Source of the DNA: Myxococcota bacterium
Lineage (GTDB): Bacteria > Myxococcota_A > UBA9160 > UBA6930
Direction of reading: 5' to 3'
NCBI GenBank assembly: GCA_965223415.1
Contig: OZ245002.1
Coordinates: 5,440,001 to 5,504,000, forward strand
DNA: 64,000 bases
In this document: piece after piece, positions 21,000 through 30,761 of the stretch
How positions within the stretch are numbered: the first letter of the stretch is position 1
Layout: each line of letters begins with the position of its first letter
Notes under the pieces: generated by a model
Database searches by the model: none
Seen by the model: the letters and a program-made list of their open reading frames with translations, nothing else
What the model was told of the DNA's origin: nothing
Position numbers and translations under genes: made by a program

Positions 21000-21796
21000 T
21001 CATCAGCCACGAGCATCGCTACGTGTTCGTCCAGGTCCCGGACTCCGCCTCCACCGCGATGGGCCGGGAGCTCTGCGCGCTCTACGACGGCGAGGAGATC
21101 GGCGCCAAGCACGACCACCTGGTCACGCTGCACGCGGCCACCGACGGCCGCTACCGCGACTACTTCGCCTTCGGAACGATCCGCCACCCGCTGGAGATCA
21201 TGGTGGCGCGCTACTTCAAGCTCAAGGTGGATCGGGGCGGCATGTTCACGAACCCGGAGTTCTGGGTCGAGAACGGCGGGCACATCACCGAGCGACAGCG
21301 CGAGCGCTACCAGTTCATCCAGGAGAAGGACGCGGACTTCCCGAGCTACTTCCTTCGTTTCGCCCCTCGTCTCTACGAGAGCCCCTACTTCACGGGCCTC
21401 CTCGATCGCTTCGACCTCGTGCTGCGCAAGGAGAGCCTGGACCGGGACTTCCGGGCCGCGCTGGCACGGCTGGGTATCCAGGCCCAGCGCGACATCCCGC
21501 CGGCCAACGTCACGCCGGCCCGGAAGGGCCCCTTCGCCGACTACTACACGCCGGAGATCCGCGAGCGCACGGTCGCGAGCTTCGGCCCCTACATGCGCCG
21601 CTGGGGCTTCGCCTTCCCGGAGGCCTGGGGCGCCCGTCGGCCGCCGCGGGCGGCGATGCTGGAGTACGAGCTGGGGCTGCGGGTCGCGCGCTTCGGCCTG
21701 TGCCGGCTCGGCTGGAGCCCGGAGCGCGCCCTCGCGGTGCGCGATCGCGTGCGCTCGCGGGTCAGGAAAGCGGCGCGAAGGGCGGGAAGCGCCTAG
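20996..21796 (+). CDS. Sulfotransferase family 2-like protein (atypical PSB loop)
   Basis: MIISHEHRYVFVQVPDSAST, FGTIRHP and DYYTPE motifs; GTGA coupling. Confidence 0.75.
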   Translation: MIISHEHRYVFVQVPDSASTAMGRELCALYDGEEIGAKHDHLVTLHAATDGRYRDYFAFGTIRHPLEIMVARYFKLKVDRGGMFTNPEFWVENGGHITERQRERYQFIQEKDADFPSYFLRFAPRLYESPYFTGLLDRFDLVLRKESLDRDFRAALARLGIQAQRDIPPANVTPARKGPFADYYTPEIRERTVASFGPYMRRWGFAFPEAWGARRPPRAAMLEYELGLRVARFGLCRLGWSPERALAVRDRVRSRVRKAARRAGSA

Positions 21797-23343
21797 CCAT
21801 CGGCTGCCGGGCCCTCCTTGAGCACGCGGCGGATCGCGCGCCGGGCGCCTTCGGCGGACAGGTCCGGGCGCAGGCCCCGGGAGACGGCGTCCCATGCCCT
21901 GGCGTCCTCCCGGCGTTGCGCCGCCGCCACCCAGGCACGGCGGATCGCCCTGTACCCCCGCATGGGAAGCCCGAGGACGGGCCGCTCGGCCCAGGCCGCG
22001 CCGAAGCGGCGCAGCTCCTCTCGCGGGGATCGGACCGCCGGCGCCGCAGGCGTCTCCCGTGACGAGGCGGGCGGCACCGCCGCGGACGGAGGAGCCGGCG
22101 ACGAGGCGGGCCGTGCCGGCGCCGCCACCCAGTGTCCCCGCAACCAGCGCGAGGCGACCAGCAGGTCCGCGTCGATCGCCGGTGCGACGGCTGCGAGAGC
22201 TTCGCGGGTGTAGGCCGGAGGCAGGGGCGCCGCCCGCGCCGTCACACCCTCCAGGGCGTCGTAGGCCGCCAGGTGCGCCTCGACCTGGGCGGCCAGGGTG
22301 AGGCCTTCGCGAACGCGACGGGCCCCCGCGGCCCCCATGGCCAGACGCTGGTCACGCCCGCGGGCGAGGCCGGCCAACGCGGAGGCCAACGCCTTGGCGT
22401 CGCCCTCGGGCACCAGGGCCCCGGTCTCGCCGTCCCGGACGACCTCGGGAATGCCCCCGTGGCGGGTGCCCACGACGGGAAGCCCCGTCGCCGCGGCTTC
22501 GACCACCACGTTGGGGATGCCCTCAACGTCGCCGTCCGCCGCCCTGCGGGAGCAGTGCACGAGCACGTCAGCCCAGGCGAAGTGGTCGCGGACGCCGGCG
22601 GCGTCGGTCGGCTCCACGAGCTCGAGGCCGTCGACCACGCCGAGCCTGGCTGCCGCGTCGGCGATCGGCGCCCTGTCCCCGGCGCCGACCACGCGCAGCA
22701 CGGCGTCGACGCCCTCCGCGCGGAGGGCGGCCAGGGCCTCGAGAGCGTCGCCGTGCCCTTTCTTCTCCACGAGTCGACCCATCATGAGCAGACGCAGGGG
22801 TCCGTCGCTCCGCCCCGCGCGGTCCACCACCTCGAAGTACGACGTGTCCGCGCCGCGCCGGATCAAGCGAATCCGCCCGGCCTCGACGCCCTCGGCCTCG
22901 AGCAGGCCGGCCAGCGTGTCGGACACGCACACGCACAGGTCGGTGGCCTGCAGGAGGCGCCGGTAGAGCGGTGCGTGCAGGGGGTCGCGGAGATCGCTGC
23001 CGAGATCGCGGCCGCCGAACGTGGTGACGAGGGGAACGTCGAGGCACTCGCGAAGGAGAAGGGAACGGATGCCGGACCAGCCGAAGTGCGCGTGGAGGAG
23101 GCGCGGCTGCCAGGCGCGTCGGAGCGCCTCGGCGACCAGGGCCGCCCCGGCGGGCCGCAGCAGCGCCTGGGTCGTGGCGCAGGCGTAGCGCGGCAGCGGG
23201 AAGCGCTCGCGATGCTCGCGGCGGTTGCACAGAATGGCGCCCGGCGCCTCGGGCTCGAGGCCGGTGATGAGCCGGTGCAGGAAGGGCTGACTCCAGGCCA
23301 GGTAGGCCGCGAACTTCGCGTGCAGCACCACGCCCCGGGTCAC
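21793..23343 (-). CDS. Glycosyltransferase family 4 (WcaL-like)
   Basis: HAHFG, GRLVEKKG and EGIPNVVVEAAATGLPVVGTRHGGIPE motifs; GTG start overlaps the upstream TGA. Confidence 0.88.
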   Translation of the reverse strand: MTRGVVLHAKFAAYLAWSQPFLHRLITGLEPEAPGAILCNRREHRERFPLPRYACATTQALLRPAGAALVAEALRRAWQPRLLHAHFGWSGIRSLLLRECLDVPLVTTFGGRDLGSDLRDPLHAPLYRRLLQATDLCVCVSDTLAGLLEAEGVEAGRIRLIRRGADTSYFEVVDRAGRSDGPLRLLMMGRLVEKKGHGDALEALAALRAEGVDAVLRVVGAGDRAPIADAAARLGVVDGLELVEPTDAAGVRDHFAWADVLVHCSRRAADGDVEGIPNVVVEAAATGLPVVGTRHGGIPEVVRDGETGALVPEGDAKALASALAGLARGRDQRLAMGAAGARRVREGLTLAAQVEAHLAAYDALEGVTARAAPLPPAYTREALAAVAPAIDADLLVASRWLRGHWVAAPARPASSPAPPSAAVPPASSRETPAAPAVRSPREELRRFGAAWAERPVLGLPMRGYRAIRRAWVAAAQRREDARAWDAVSRGLRPDLSAEGARRAIRRVLKEGPAADG

Positions 23344-24620
23344 GGAAGCGCTCCACGCCACCAGCTCGCGAAGAGCCGCGCGGGCCAGCGCCAGCGCTCG
23401 CGACGGCCGATCGCCTCCGGCAGCTCGACGTGGCCGGCCAGGGCCCGGTGCCACGCCGCCCGCCGCGCGGAGCGCGGGAGCGCGCGGTAGGCCGCGACGG
23501 CCGCATCGATGTGCGCGGCCAGCGCGCCCCCGCACACCGCCAGCCCGAACTCCGCCTCCACCTTCGCGCGCCCCGCCCTTCCGAAGCGTTCCCGGAGCGC
23601 CGGATCCGCCAGCTCGAGCACGGCGCGGGCCAGGCTCTCCGGCGCGTGCTCGGGCACGAGCCGTCCGGTCTCGCCGTCCACCACGGCCTCCGGGATCCCG
23701 CCGTGGCGGGTCGCGACCACCGGCAGCCCCAGCGCCATCGCCTCGAGGATGCTGTTCGGCACGCCCTCCACGCGCCCGTCGTCGTCCTGCTCGCTGGGCT
23801 GGAGGAGCACGTCCGTGGCGGCGAGCTCGGCGCGCAGCACCTCGACCGGCACGGCACCGTGGAAGTGCACGGCGTCGGCGAGCCCCGAGCTCCTCGCGAG
23901 CTCGCGCAGCGAGGCTTCGAGCGGACCGCGGCCGAAGAGGTGCAGGCTCGACCCGGGCAGCTCCTTGCGCACCGCCGCCAGGGCCTCGAAGGCGGTGGCG
24001 TGCCCCTTCACCTCCATGAGCCGACCGCTCAGCGCGAGGCGAAGCGGGCCCCGGCCTTCGTGGGGCCCGCGCGGCCGGTAGGCGGCGAGGTCCACCGCCA
24101 GGTGGAGGGTGTGTGCCCGCTCCGCCGGAAAGCCCGCGGCGACGACCTTGCGGGTGAGGTGATCCGCCACGCCCAGCGCGACGGCACCCGGTGAGGCGTA
24201 CCAGCGCTCGAAGAGCTCCCGGTAGGCGGGGTCGCGCACTTCCAGGTTGGCGTCCTCGCCGTGGAAGATGGCGAGGACGGGCACGTCGGCGACGGCGCCG
24301 AGGGCCAAGGCGCGAAACGCGTTCTTTCCCAGGTGGGCGACGACCGCCCGGACGCGGCCGTGACGGCCGCGGATCGCGGCCACGAGCTGGCGCGGCGGGA
24401 ACGCCTTGCGGAGCAGGCCGAGGTCGATCGGATGGACGTGGATGCCGCGCGCCGCCTGCGCCGCCCGCTCCTCGGCGGTGGGTGCCGCATCCACGTAGCC
24501 CGCCCGCGGGCTCTCCAGGACGATCTGCGGCTCGTGCCCGGCGAGGGCCTCCACGGTGCGATGGACGCCCGGATGGCTCCCGGGCGCGAAGGTCTGGGAC
24601 GTGAGGTGGAGGACGCTCAA
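23340..24620 (-). CDS. Glycosyltransferase family 4 (WcaL-like)
   Basis: FHGED, GRLMEVKG and EGVPNSILEAMALGLPVVATRHGGIPE motifs. Confidence 0.9.
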   Translation of the reverse strand: MSVLHLTSQTFAPGSHPGVHRTVEALAGHEPQIVLESPRAGYVDAAPTAEERAAQAARGIHVHPIDLGLLRKAFPPRQLVAAIRGRHGRVRAVVAHLGKNAFRALALGAVADVPVLAIFHGEDANLEVRDPAYRELFERWYASPGAVALGVADHLTRKVVAAGFPAERAHTLHLAVDLAAYRPRGPHEGRGPLRLALSGRLMEVKGHATAFEALAAVRKELPGSSLHLFGRGPLEASLRELARSSGLADAVHFHGAVPVEVLRAELAATDVLLQPSEQDDDGRVEGVPNSILEAMALGLPVVATRHGGIPEAVVDGETGRLVPEHAPESLARAVLELADPALRERFGRAGRAKVEAEFGLAVCGGALAAHIDAAVAAYRALPRSARRAAWHRALAGHVELPEAIGRRERWRWPARLFASWWRGALP

Positions 24621-24626
24621 GGCCGG

Positions 24627-25694
24627 TCAGCGCCGTCCCCGCCACCAGGACCGGGCCGTCTCCTCCGCGGACGCCTCCGGGGTCGTCCGCAGCTCCTGCA
24701 CACGGGCCAGCACCCGCAGCACGGCGGCGGCCTGCTCGGGCGCGAGGTCGGCCAGGTCCGCGGTGCGGGTCGGCCGTCCGCGCGCTGGAGCGTTCGGCCA
24801 GGGCCCGCCCCAGACGCGGCTCGCGAACGCGTCGAGGGCCGGCTGCAGGGCGCCCCATGTCTCCTCGAGCGCCGCGTCGGTCCAGCCCCAGAATGCCTCG
24901 GTGTTCCAGCCCGCCTCGTCGGCGAGCTCGCGGAAGGTCCGACGCAGCGGCTTGTAGCGCGGGTGGCGATCGGAGAAGGCGGGGTCTTCGGCGCGAAGCG
25001 CTCGGCCGACGAGGCGCGCCACCTCGACGGTGAGCGGCCCCACCGACACGTTCTCGCGCCCCGCCACCTCCTCCAGACCGGCCAGGCCGCCCGCGTCGAG
25101 CCCGAGTGCGGAGGCCAGCATGGCGAGCGGCGCCTGGGCGCGGACCTGCCCATACGGGACGGCGACGAGCTCGATCGCCGGATGGGCGGACACGGCCTCG
25201 AACTGCGCCCCGGGATCGAGCGCCCCCTCGGCGACCAGCCGGCGCCGGAAGCCGTCGAAGGACTCGGTCACGGCGAAGTCGCGCACGTTCTGCTGATAGG
25301 TGCTGTTGAGCCAACCGATCGGCTCGCGGACGACGGCCAGGATCGTGAGGCTGCGGCCCGCCTCCTTGGCGTGACCGACCAGCCGCTCGAGGGCCTCCGG
25401 CGAGCGCAGCACGTGGGCGAGGTTCTCGCAGGACACCAGGGCCACGGGCGCTTCGGTTCCGCGCAGCTCCCGGGTGAGCTCGTCCCAGGTCCCGAGGCTG
25501 GGGTCGAAGCCCGGGTCGCCCAGCAGCTCCCGGACCAGGTTGTAGGGGGGACGGCGGTGCCCCTTGGTCCCGGTCGCGGGCACCTCGACGCCCGCGCGCG
25601 CCAACGCCTCCCGGTGCCCGAAGAGCTGCGCCTGGAGGTGCGTAGAGCCGGTCTTGGGCAGACCCACGTGGAGAACCAGGCGCAAGCGATCCAC
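24627..25694 (-). CDS. Sulfotransferase-fold (P-loop) protein
   Basis: LHVGLPKTGSTHLQ, VSCENL and VVREP...STYQQ motifs. Confidence 0.75.
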   Translation of the reverse strand: MDRLRLVLHVGLPKTGSTHLQAQLFGHREALARAGVEVPATGTKGHRRPPYNLVRELLGDPGFDPSLGTWDELTRELRGTEAPVALVSCENLAHVLRSPEALERLVGHAKEAGRSLTILAVVREPIGWLNSTYQQNVRDFAVTESFDGFRRRLVAEGALDPGAQFEAVSAHPAIELVAVPYGQVRAQAPLAMLASALGLDAGGLAGLEEVAGRENVSVGPLTVEVARLVGRALRAEDPAFSDRHPRYKPLRRTFRELADEAGWNTEAFWGWTDAALEETWGALQPALDAFASRVWGGPWPNAPARGRPTRTADLADLAPEQAAAVLRVLARVQELRTTPEASAEETARSWWRGRR

Positions 25695-25809
25695 TCCTCG
25701 ATGCGGGAACCGAGTCTAGTGGATCGGGGCGCCGCTCCGCGGAACGGCTAGCCTCGCACTCCGTGAGCCCCGGCCTCGTCCACCTCCCGCCCCATGGGGA
25801 GCCCGTCCG

Positions 25810-26880
25810 GTGACGCCGCGCATCCTGTTCCTGCGCGAGCACTTCCGCTGGATGGGCCGCCACAGCGGCTACGACCCGCTATGCGATGCGGTGCTCCGCC
25901 TGCGCCCCGGCGATCACCGCTCGGTGTTCGTGAAGCGCCGCCTGCCCCGGGGCAGTCGGCCGCTGCTCGATCGGCTCCGACGCCACGGCCGGGGCAGCCC
26001 GTTCTACAACGTCTTCGGGGCCCGCGCCGAGGCCGAGACGCTCCTGCGCGCGCGCCTCCAGCGCCCGGACCTCGTCCACGTCACCTACGTCGAGAACCAG
26101 CTCGGCCTGCTCGCTCGCCACCGCGACCGGCTCCCGGCCCGGCTGGTGGGAACGGTGCACCAGCCGCCGGGCTGGTACCGCATGCGCCACAAGAACCCGG
26201 CCCAGCTCGAGGCCCTCGACGCGCTGATCGTGATGGGCCGGGAGGCGGCGCGCTGGTTCGAGGCGCGGGTGCCGGGCCGCGTCCACTTCGTGCCCTACGC
26301 CGTGGACACGGACTTCTTCCGTCCCGCCGACCCGGGGCGCAGCCCGCGCGAGCCCCGTTGTCTCTTCGCCGGCCGCTGGCTGCGAGACCTCCCGGCCCTC
26401 GAGGAGGTGATCGAGCAGGTGCTGGCCCGCGACCCGAAAGTGGGCTTCGACCTGCTCGTCCCCCACGACGACCGCAAGGACGATCTCTTCCTGCGCCTCG
26501 CCCGCCACGAGCAGGTGCGCTTCCACGCGGGCCTCTCCGACGACGCGCTCCTCGCCCTCTATCGCAGCGCTAGCCTGCTGCTGCTGCCGATGTTCGACTG
26601 CCTGGGCAACAGCGTGCTGCTCGAGGCGCTGGCCTGCGGGCTGCCGGTGGTGACCAACGACGTCGGCGCCCTGCCCGACTACACCCGTCCCGAGTTCGCC
26701 GATCGGCTTCCCCGCGGTGACGTGAGTGGAATGGCCGAGGCCGTGCTGCGGCGGCTCGGGGATCCCGCCGAACAGGACGCCCGCGGCACGGCGGCAAGGC
26801 GCTTCGCCGAGCAGGAGCTCTCCTGGGACACCGCGGCCCGAGCGACGCTGGACATCTACGATGCCGTCCTCGCCCGCTGA
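25810..26880 (+). CDS. Glycosyltransferase family 4
   Basis: VDTDFFRP, AGRWLRD and NSVLLEALACGLPVV motifs. Confidence 0.88.
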   Translation: MTPRILFLREHFRWMGRHSGYDPLCDAVLRLRPGDHRSVFVKRRLPRGSRPLLDRLRRHGRGSPFYNVFGARAEAETLLRARLQRPDLVHVTYVENQLGLLARHRDRLPARLVGTVHQPPGWYRMRHKNPAQLEALDALIVMGREAARWFEARVPGRVHFVPYAVDTDFFRPADPGRSPREPRCLFAGRWLRDLPALEEVIEQVLARDPKVGFDLLVPHDDRKDDLFLRLARHEQVRFHAGLSDDALLALYRSASLLLLPMFDCLGNSVLLEALACGLPVVTNDVGALPDYTRPEFADRLPRGDVSGMAEAVLRRLGDPAEQDARGTAARRFAEQELSWDTAARATLDIYDAVLAR

Positions 26881-28183
26881 TCGGCCGCTCCTGATCCAGA
26901 CGACGTCGCACCGCTTCACGCCACGGGCGCATCCCACCATCTTCCGTCTGGCGGGCGGCCTCGCCGACAGCTTCCGGCAGCTGGTGCTGGAGCTCGACGA
27001 CAACGCCTACGTCGAGAGCGAGCTCTCCCCGGACGCCCGGCGGGAGCTCGCGGAACGGGGGATCGCGGTGCGTCGCGTCGACCGGGCGCGGCTCCACCAC
27101 GAGGAGTACGTGCGCTGGCTCCTGGCCGGCATCGCGCGCCGCTACGGGCGGCCCGTCGCGATCCTGGCCCAGCTCGGCAACAACGGCTGGCGCAGCCTGG
27201 TGCTGGCCGCCCACGCGCGGGTGCCGCTGGCGACGCTCTTCCACGGCGGCGACGCCCGGGTCGGCATGGCCGACGAGCGCTTCCGCGAGCGCTTCGATCG
27301 GCTGCGGCGGCTTCCCGGGAGCCACCTCGGCGGCGTCTCCCGCAACGTCGTCCAGGACCTGGAGGCCTGGGGGGTCGCGCCGGAGCAGACTTTCCTCCAG
27401 CACCACGGCGTCGACCTCGCCCGCTTCCAGCCGCCCGCGCGGGCGGCCGGCGCGGGCCGGCTGCGCATCGCGATGGCCGGCCGCTTCGTCCCGTTCAAGG
27501 ACCACGCCACGGGCCTGCGGGCCTTCGCCGCCCACCACGCCCACCACCCGGAGAGCCGGCTCCATCTCTACGGTGAAGGGCCGCTCGAGGAAGACACCCG
27601 TAACCTCGCGAACCAGCTCGGAATCGCAGGGGCCGTGACCTTCGAAGGGCTGGTGCCGGTAGAGACGCTGACCCGGGCCTGGGCGGAGGCGGACGTCGCC
27701 CTCCAGCCGAGCCGCACCGATGCGGAGGGCCACGCCGAGGGCATCCCCACGACGGTGCTCGAAGCCATGGCCATGGGGCTGCCGGTCGTCGCGACGAAGC
27801 ACGCGGGCATTCCGGAGGCCGTGGTGGACGGCGTCACCGGGCTCCTCGCCGACGAGGGCGACGCGGGCGGGCTGGCGCGCCTGCTCGACGACCTGGCCGA
27901 GATGCCCGAGCGGCGAGTCGCGCTCGGCCGGGCGGCCCGCGCCCGCATCGAGGCCGAGTTCGAGGTCCACGGCCTGGGCCGCCGCTTCGCCGAGCAGATC
28001 CGGTCCTGGTGCGACGCCCACGCTGCGCTCCCGGCCGCCGTCGTGGACGCCGGCATCGCCGAGGCGACGGCCGGCTTCGAGCAGCCCCTCGCCCGTCACG
28101 GCCTGGTGCGCCGGCTCGCGCTGGAGGGCCGCATCGCGGCCAACCGCTGGGCCGGCCGCATCGAGAGCGGAGCCCCGGCGTGA
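26861..28183 (+). CDS. Glycosyltransferase family 4 (WcaL-like)
   Basis: FHGGD, GRFVPFKD and EGIPTTVLEAMAMGLPVVATKHAGIPE motifs. Confidence 0.88.
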   Translation: MPSSPADRPLLIQTTSHRFTPRAHPTIFRLAGGLADSFRQLVLELDDNAYVESELSPDARRELAERGIAVRRVDRARLHHEEYVRWLLAGIARRYGRPVAILAQLGNNGWRSLVLAAHARVPLATLFHGGDARVGMADERFRERFDRLRRLPGSHLGGVSRNVVQDLEAWGVAPEQTFLQHHGVDLARFQPPARAAGAGRLRIAMAGRFVPFKDHATGLRAFAAHHAHHPESRLHLYGEGPLEEDTRNLANQLGIAGAVTFEGLVPVETLTRAWAEADVALQPSRTDAEGHAEGIPTTVLEAMAMGLPVVATKHAGIPEAVVDGVTGLLADEGDAGGLARLLDDLAEMPERRVALGRAARARIEAEFEVHGLGRRFAEQIRSWCDAHAALPAAVVDAGIAEATAGFEQPLARHGLVRRLALEGRIAANRWAGRIESGAPA

Positions 28184-28863
28184 TCGTCCACCACCAGCGC
28201 CGTTGGATCTATCTCGGGATCCCCAAGACGGCGAGCACCACGCTTCACCGGTTCCTGCCCCAGCACGGCGGCGAGGCCCACGGCGACCAGCACGAGACCG
28301 CGATCCCCGAGGCCTGGCGACACTACCGGGTGTTCGTCACGGTGATGAACCCGTTCCGCCGGGCCACCGCACTCTGGCGCATGTGGGGCAAGGACGTGGC
28401 CAAGGGCGCCTGGTGGACCGAAGGCTACCGCCCGGAGCTCGTGCGGGAGTTCCGCGCCTTCGTGGACACGTTCTTCCTCGACCCTCCGGAGCCGGACAGC
28501 CGGCCGGTGATGGAGTGGTCGATGTGCCGCTGGCTCGACTACGCGGCGCTCCCCGAGGAGCCGGAGGTGCTGTACGCCGAGCGCCTGGGCGAGGAGCTGT
28601 TGCGGGTCGGCATCCTGACGCGAGCGGAGGACGTGCCCGTCCAGAACAAGTCCGGCAACGAGGCCTGGTGGGAGAGCTACGACGAGGGCCTGGTCCGGGA
28701 CGTGCGCGCCTGGGCCACCCGCGACTTCGAGCGCTTCGGCTACCCCACCGATCTCGACGCCGCCGTCGCTTCGCAGCGTGCGGTCGAGAGCCCGCCCCCG
28801 GCCCGCCGAAGCCCCTGGAGGCGCCTCCGCGCCCGCCTCCGCGGCCTGCACGGCAGCCGCTAG
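28180..28863 (+). CDS. Sulfotransferase family 2-like protein
   Basis: IYLGIPKTASTTL, VMNPFRR and DFERFGY motifs; GTGA coupling. Confidence 0.8.
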   Translation: MIVHHQRRWIYLGIPKTASTTLHRFLPQHGGEAHGDQHETAIPEAWRHYRVFVTVMNPFRRATALWRMWGKDVAKGAWWTEGYRPELVREFRAFVDTFFLDPPEPDSRPVMEWSMCRWLDYAALPEEPEVLYAERLGEELLRVGILTRAEDVPVQNKSGNEAWWESYDEGLVRDVRAWATRDFERFGYPTDLDAAVASQRAVESPPPARRSPWRRLRARLRGLHGSR

Positions 28864-28890
28864 CGGGCGGATTGCCTACCCTCCGCCGCG

Positions 28891-29664
28891 ATGAAGGTCG
28901 TGATCCTGTGCGGGGGGCTCGGCACGCGGCTTCGCGAGGAGACCGAGTACCGGCCGAAGCCGATGGTCCCGATCGGCGACCGCCCGATCCTCTGGCACAT
29001 CATGAAGCTCTACGCCCACTTCGGGCACAAGGAGTTCGTGCTGTGCCTCGGCTACAAGGGCGAGGTGATCAAGGACTTCTTCCGCAACTACCAGTGGAAC
29101 ACGAGCGATCTGACCCTGAAGCTCGGACCGACACCGGAGATCACCTACCACAATGCCCACGACGAGGAGGACTGGACCGTCACCCTCGTCGACACCGGCC
29201 AGGAGACCCAGACCGGCGGGCGCCTGCGGCGGGCCCTCGACTACGTCGACGACGACGTCTTCCTGTGCACCTACGGCGACGGCCTCACGAACTGCAACCT
29301 GAACGCCGTCGTCGGCTTCCACCGGGAGCACGGCGGCATCGCCACGCTCACCGCCGTGCGTCCCGCCGGCCGCTTCGGCGAGCTCGGCCTCGACGGCCGG
29401 ACGATCACCTCCTTCCACGAGAAGCCGGAGAAGGAGAGCGCCTTCGTGAGCGGCGGCTTCTTCGTCTTCGATCGGCGAATCGGCGACTACCTGCCCGGCG
29501 ACGACGCGATCCTGGAGCGGGAGCCCCTGGAGCAGCTCGCCAGCGAGGGCCAGCTCAAGGCCTTCCCGCACGACGGCTTCTGGCAGTGCATGGACACCTA
29601 CCGGGAACAGCAGCTGCTCCATCAGCTGTGGACCGACGGACGGGCTCCCTGGAAGCTCTGGTAG
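28891..29664 (+). CDS. rfbF: Glucose-1-phosphate cytidylyltransferase
   Basis: CGGLGTRLREETEYRPKPM, TYGDG, GFWQCMDT and APWKLW motifs. Confidence 0.95.
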   Translation: MKVVILCGGLGTRLREETEYRPKPMVPIGDRPILWHIMKLYAHFGHKEFVLCLGYKGEVIKDFFRNYQWNTSDLTLKLGPTPEITYHNAHDEEDWTVTLVDTGQETQTGGRLRRALDYVDDDVFLCTYGDGLTNCNLNAVVGFHREHGGIATLTAVRPAGRFGELGLDGRTITSFHEKPEKESAFVSGGFFVFDRRIGDYLPGDDAILEREPLEQLASEGQLKAFPHDGFWQCMDTYREQQLLHQLWTDGRAPWKLW

Positions 29665-29666
29665 GG

Positions 29667-30761
29667 ATGTTCGGCGACGCATTCAGGGGCCGTCGGGTCC
29701 TGGTCACCGGCCACACCGGGTTCAAGGGTGCGTGGCTGTCGCTCTGGCTGCGGGAGCTGGGAGCCCGGGTGACGGGGCTCTCGCTGCCGCCGGACCCGCC
29801 GCCGAACCTGCACGGGCTGCTCCGAGCCGGCACCTTCGAGGCGGAGATCCCCTGCGACGTCCGCAACGTCGATGCCTTGCGCGAGGCCGTGGCCCGTGCG
29901 GAGCCCGAGCTCGTCTTCCACCTGGCGGCCCAGTCGCTCGTGCGCCGCTCCTACCGGGAGCCGCGGCTCACCTTCGAGACCAACGCCCTCGGCACCCACC
30001 ATCTCCTGGAGGCGATCCACGAGGTCGGCGTCCCGGGCCCGGTGGTGATCGCGACGACGGACAAGTGCTACGAGAACCGCGGCGAGGGCCGGGCCTTCCG
30101 GGTGGGCGACCCTCTCGGCGGCCGCGATCCGTACTCCATGAGCAAGGCCGCGACGGAGCTCGTCGTGACGTCCTTCCGGGCGAGCTTCCTGGGCGGGCCC
30201 TCGGCCCCGGGCGTGGCGACGGTCCGTGCCGGCAACGTGATCGGTGGCGGCGACTATGGCGAGGACCGCCTGATCCCGGACGCGGTTCGGGCGCTCGTGC
30301 GCGGCTCCGCCGTGCCGGTCCGGAACCCGGATGCGGTGCGACCCTGGCAGCACGTGCTCGACTGCCTCTCGGGATACCTGCGCCTGGCCCAGGAGCTCGC
30401 CGAGCGACCGGGGGACCCGGAGCGGCCGGGCGCCTTCAACATCGGCCCGGAGCTCGGGAGCCGCCTCAGCGTGCGCGAGCTGGTCGAGGCGTTCCTCGCC
30501 CGCTGGCCCGGAACCTGGGAGGACCTGCGCGAGGCCGACGCCCCGTACGAGGCCGCGCACCTGGAGCTCGACATCACGGCAACACGCGACGCCCTTGGCT
30601 GGACGCCGGCCTGGGACGCCGCCGCCGCCGTCGCCCGCACGGCCGATTGGTACTGCGCCCGCCACGAGGAGAAGCGCGATGACCTGGACGCGCTGTGTGT
30701 CGAGCAGCTCCGCCACTGGGCCGCGGACGCGGCGCCCGCCACGCGCGGGGAAGCGGCGTGA
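29667..30761 (+). CDS. rfbG: CDP-glucose 4,6-dehydratase
   Basis: VTGHTGFKGAWL, TDKCYEN, DPYSMSK, RAGNVIGGGD and RPWQHVLD motifs. Confidence 0.95.
   Translation: MFGDAFRGRRVLVTGHTGFKGAWLSLWLRELGARVTGLSLPPDPPPNLHGLLRAGTFEAEIPCDVRNVDALREAVARAEPELVFHLAAQSLVRRSYREPRLTFETNALGTHHLLEAIHEVGVPGPVVIATTDKCYENRGEGRAFRVGDPLGGRDPYSMSKAATELVVTSFRASFLGGPSAPGVATVRAGNVIGGGDYGEDRLIPDAVRALVRGSAVPVRNPDAVRPWQHVLDCLSGYLRLAQELAERPGDPERPGAFNIGPELGSRLSVRELVEAFLARWPGTWEDLREADAPYEAAHLELDITATRDALGWTPAWDAAAAVARTADWYCARHEEKRDDLDALCVEQLRHWAADAAPATRGEAA

Noticed and set aside
21793..25863. 1356-aa minus-strand ORF
   Set aside because: Only the last ~516 aa (from GTG 23343) is a GT4; the rest is an Arg/Pro-rich off-frame overlap of real genes.
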